A stretch of 64,000 nucleotides of DNA from Candidatus Latescibacterota bacterium (lineage in GTDB: Bacteria; Latescibacterota; UBA2968; GCA-2709665), in assembly GCA_965237675.1 (NCBI GenBank), contig OZ250150.1, positions 4,832,001 to 4,896,000 of the forward strand, given 5' to 3'. The translations under genes and the position numbers were made by a program. The notes below the pieces were generated by a model. The model searched no databases. It was not told the DNA's origin and saw only the letters and a program-made list of their open reading frames with translations. This document shows positions 61,084 to 64,000 of the stretch, in pieces (positions within the stretch are counted from its first letter, which is position 1; every line of letters begins with the position of its first letter).

Positions 61084-63270
61084 ATGAAAAGGTCAACGAT
61101 TTTCGGCCTCATTCTTCTCTCGACATCTTTCTTGCTTGCACAGGACTCCCTCGCACAGGATTACACTCGCTGGGGACTGCCCGAAGGGGCCCTCATGCGT
61201 CTGGGCAAAGGAGACGTGCGCGCGGTGGTCTGGTCGCCGGACGGCACGCGCCTGGCGGTGGGCAGCAGCCTCGGCATCTGGCTCTACGATCCGCGCACCG
61301 GGGCCGAAGTTTCCCTGATTACGGGCCAGATGTCCATAGTCGGGCCGGTGGTGTTTTCGCCGGATGGGTCGACCCTGGCAAGCAACGGTGCGGACAATAC
61401 GGTGCGGTTGTGGGACGTGGCAACCGGGCAGGAAAAACATATGCTCACAGGACATACGGATAGGGTTCAGTCGGTGGTGATTTCACCGGACGGGATGACG
61501 CTGGCAAGCAGCGGTTCGGACAATACGGTGCGGTTGTGGGACGTGGCCACGGGGCAGGAAAAACACACGCTTACAGGACATACCCGTGGGGTCGGCCCAG
61601 TGGCGTTTTCGCCGGATGGGATCACGCTGGCAAGCGGCAGTAGCGACCATACGGTGCGGTTGTGGGACGTGGCCACAGGCCAGGAAAAACACACCCTCAC
61701 AGGACATACCTGGTTTGTCATTTCGATGGCGTTTTCGCCGGATGGGACCACGCTGGCAAGCGGCAGTTACGACCATACGGTGCGGTTGTGGGACGTGGCC
61801 ACAGGCAACGCAAAGGCAACCCTCGAAGGCCATACGGATTTTGTTACACCGCTGGTGTTTTCTCCGGATGGTCAGACTCTGGCCAGTGCAGCTCAAGGTC
61901 GGGGTAATGACCAAACGGTACGGTTGTGGAACGTGGCCAGCGGCCGGGAAAGACACACCCTCATTGGACATACTGAAACTGTCAACTCGGTGGTGTTTTC
62001 ACCGGATGGGCTGACGCTGGCAAGCGGCAGTCGTGACGATACGGTACGGTTGTGGGACGTGGCCACAGGGCAGGAAAAAATCACCCTCACAGGACATACC
62101 GGTAATGTCGGCTCCGTGGTGTTTTCGCCGGATGGGACCACGCTGGCAAGCGGCAGCAGAAACGATGCGGTGCGGTTGTGGGACGCGGCCACCGGCGAGG
62201 AAAAAAACGTCTTCACCGGACATTCGCCTTTGATCAATTCGGTGGCGTATTCGCCGGATGGGACGACCCTGGCCAGCGGCGGTAATGACCGTACGTTGCT
62301 GTTGTGGGACATCGCTACGGCACAGGTAAGACACACCCTCACTGGACATACCAGTACTGTTGTTGCTTCCGTGGCATTTTCACCGGATGGGACGACGCTG
62401 GCAAGCGGCAGTTGGGACAAAACGGTACGTTTGTGGGACGTGGCCGAGGCGCAGGAGAATATCACCCTGACGGAACATACGAATAGGGTCCAATCGGTGG
62501 CGTTTTCGCCGGATGGGACGACCCTGGCCAGCGGGAGTTGGGACCATACGGTGCGGTTGTGGGACGTGGCAAGCGGCCGGGAAAGACACACCCTCACAGA
62601 ACATACCGATGTCGCCACTTCGGTGGTGTTTTCACCTGACGGGATGACGTTGGCAAGCGGAAGTCGGGACCATACGGTGCGGTTGTGGGACGTGACCACG
62701 GGAGAGATAAGATCCACCCTGACGGGACATTCCCACTGGGTCAATCCGGTGGCGTTATCGCCGGATGGGACGATGCTGGCAAGCGGCGGCCCGGACAATA
62801 CGTTGCTGTTGTGGGACGTGGCTACCGGGCAGGTGAGACACACCCTCGCTGGACATACCTTCTTCGTCGACTCCGTGGCGTTTTCGCCGGATGGGACGAC
62901 GCTGGCAAGCGGCGGCTCGGACAGTACGGTGCGGTTGTGGGACGTGGCCACGGGAGAGGAGAAAGGCATCCTGCCAAGTGGGGCCAAGTCGGTGGTGTTT
63001 TCACCGGACGGGAGGACCCTTGCCAGCGGCAGTTACGACGGCGCGATTCTGTTGTGGGATATATCGCCGTATGTCGCGCCTCCAACCCTTGCTGCCGACT
63101 TCGACGGCGACGGGACCGTGGGTTTTCCAGACTTTCTGCAATTCGCGGCGCAAGTCGGGCTGAGCCAAAGCGATGCCGGGTATGACGCGCGCTTCGATCT
63201 GAACGGCGACGATACCGTCGGGTTCAGCGATTTCGTGATCTTTGCACGCAGCTTCGGTCAAAGTGCATGA
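61084..63270 (+). CDS. Secreted WD40 protein (15 repeats) with dockerin-like/EF-hand pair
   Basis: Signal peptide; 15 repeats; DFDGDG tail. Confidence 0.9.
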   Translation: MKRSTIFGLILLSTSFLLAQDSLAQDYTRWGLPEGALMRLGKGDVRAVVWSPDGTRLAVGSSLGIWLYDPRTGAEVSLITGQMSIVGPVVFSPDGSTLASNGADNTVRLWDVATGQEKHMLTGHTDRVQSVVISPDGMTLASSGSDNTVRLWDVATGQEKHTLTGHTRGVGPVAFSPDGITLASGSSDHTVRLWDVATGQEKHTLTGHTWFVISMAFSPDGTTLASGSYDHTVRLWDVATGNAKATLEGHTDFVTPLVFSPDGQTLASAAQGRGNDQTVRLWNVASGRERHTLIGHTETVNSVVFSPDGLTLASGSRDDTVRLWDVATGQEKITLTGHTGNVGSVVFSPDGTTLASGSRNDAVRLWDAATGEEKNVFTGHSPLINSVAYSPDGTTLASGGNDRTLLLWDIATAQVRHTLTGHTSTVVASVAFSPDGTTLASGSWDKTVRLWDVAEAQENITLTEHTNRVQSVAFSPDGTTLASGSWDHTVRLWDVASGRERHTLTEHTDVATSVVFSPDGMTLASGSRDHTVRLWDVTTGEIRSTLTGHSHWVNPVALSPDGTMLASGGPDNTLLLWDVATGQVRHTLAGHTFFVDSVAFSPDGTTLASGGSDSTVRLWDVATGEEKGILPSGAKSVVFSPDGRTLASGSYDGAILLWDISPYVAPPTLAADFDGDGTVGFPDFLQFAAQVGLSQSDAGYDARFDLNGDDTVGFSDFVIFARSFGQSA

Positions 63271-63356
63271 GGCGACGGCGCCTTGCCAGAAAGAGGTCGC
63301 GCCAGGCGATCGGCCGCGCAAGCGGTTTGCGTTTCTCACGGACCAAACTGACTTCG

Positions 63357-63604
63357 GAAAGGAGGTGATATTGGAATCCATGTCGTTAAGTGTCGGACCG
63401 CAGTACATCTACGTGAGAAACTACGGCCCGGGGCAAGTGCTGAACGGCAAGTTGCGCAATGGGAGCGGTCGAGCAATGCCGCCGACCAACGTACACCAGG
63501 TCTCTTCATTTCGCCTTCACTCGCTCAGGTCATTTCAAGAATCACATCAATCACAGTCTCTCCATTTGGGTTTAATCACAGTCCATCATCGTAATCATAG
63601 TTAA
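63357..63604 (+). other. Leader element copy G: extended SD + type I micro-ORF with lost stop
   Basis: GAAAGGAGGTGATA then TTG(63371)-ESMSLSVGPQYIYVRNYGPGQVLN; GGC replaces the homologous TGA and the frame reads on to 63604. Confidence 0.45.
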
Positions 63605-63636
63605 TCACAGTCAATCTTAGTCCGGGGGGTATTCAG

Positions 63637-64000
63637 ATGATCAAGTTAACGTTTTCGAGCCTCATTCTTCTTTTTGCTTCATTCCTGTTTGCACACGACA
63701 GCCGCGCACAGGATTACCTTCGCTGGGGGCTACCCGAAGGGGCCCTCTTGCGGCTGGGCAAGGGAGACGTGCGCGCCGTGGCCTGGTCGCCGGACGGCAC
63801 GCGTCTGGCCGTGGGGGGCACCGCCGGCATCTGGCTCTACGACCCCCTCACCGGGGCCGAAGTTTCCTTGCTCACGGGTCATACGAGGAGAGTCAATCTG
63901 GTGGTGTATTCGCCGGATGGGACGATGCTGGCAAGCGCCGGTCACGACGGTACGTTGCGGTTGTGGGACGTTGCTATGGGAAAGGAAATAAGCACCATCA
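63637..64000 (+). CDS. Secreted WD40 protein, 3' truncated by window (closest to gene 1)
   Basis: MIKLTFSSLILLFASFLFAHDSRAQDYLRWGLPEGALLRLGKG...; missing from the ORF track because no stop is reached. Confidence 0.85.
   Translation, partial: MIKLTFSSLILLFASFLFAHDSRAQDYLRWGLPEGALLRLGKGDVRAVAWSPDGTRLAVGGTAGIWLYDPLTGAEVSLLTGHTRRVNLVVYSPDGTMLASAGHDGTLRLWDVAMGKEISTI

Noticed and set aside
51064-62987. Many antisense and alternate-frame repetitive ORFs in the WD40 region
   Set aside because: Shadows of the 126-nt repeat coding sequence.
50803-64000. Diversity-generating retroelement acting on the WD40 genes or arrays
   Set aside because: No reverse transcriptase in the window, no TR/VR pair, and differences between copies are not adenine-specific.
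49641-64000. Integron cassette array
   Set aside because: No integrase and no attC-like RYYYAAC...GTTRRRY inverted structure bounding the genes; the genes are paralogues rather than unrelated cassettes.

Overview
Bacterial chromosomal window with high GC. The gene content and the secreted WD40 proteins with a DFDGDG dockerin-like/EF-hand tail suggest an FCB-group organism such as Latescibacterota; this placement is inference. Bases 1-38 kb are mostly housekeeping and metabolic genes: IorA-like fragment, lepB, rel, mutS, mtaB, rpsA-plsC-cmk-scpAB, HNH, gcvH-accC-accB-efp, bioB-mnmG, smpB, a broken cell-wall amidase, a DnaC-like ATPase, rdgB and a TPR lytic transglycosylase. Bases 38.2-49.6 kb are a + strand catabolic cluster with two heparinase II/III-like proteins, a beta-propeller, a GlmU-like enzyme, an aldolase and a tandem DUF5069-like protein. 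From 49.6 kb to the end lies an array of at least seven secreted WD40 + dockerin-like paralogues with 5-15 shuffled repeats, one of them frameshifted. Their spacers are homologous and modular: hairpin, promoter, one or two copies of an element with an extended Shine-Dalgarno (AAGGAGGTGAT) and a 24-25-codon micro-ORF, a candidate anti-SD segment, then TAATCACAGT repeats, which form ~71-nt tandem arrays in two spacers. This repeated leader/micro-ORF + variable WD40 cassette is the best candidate for an undescribed system; its function is not shown by the sequence.
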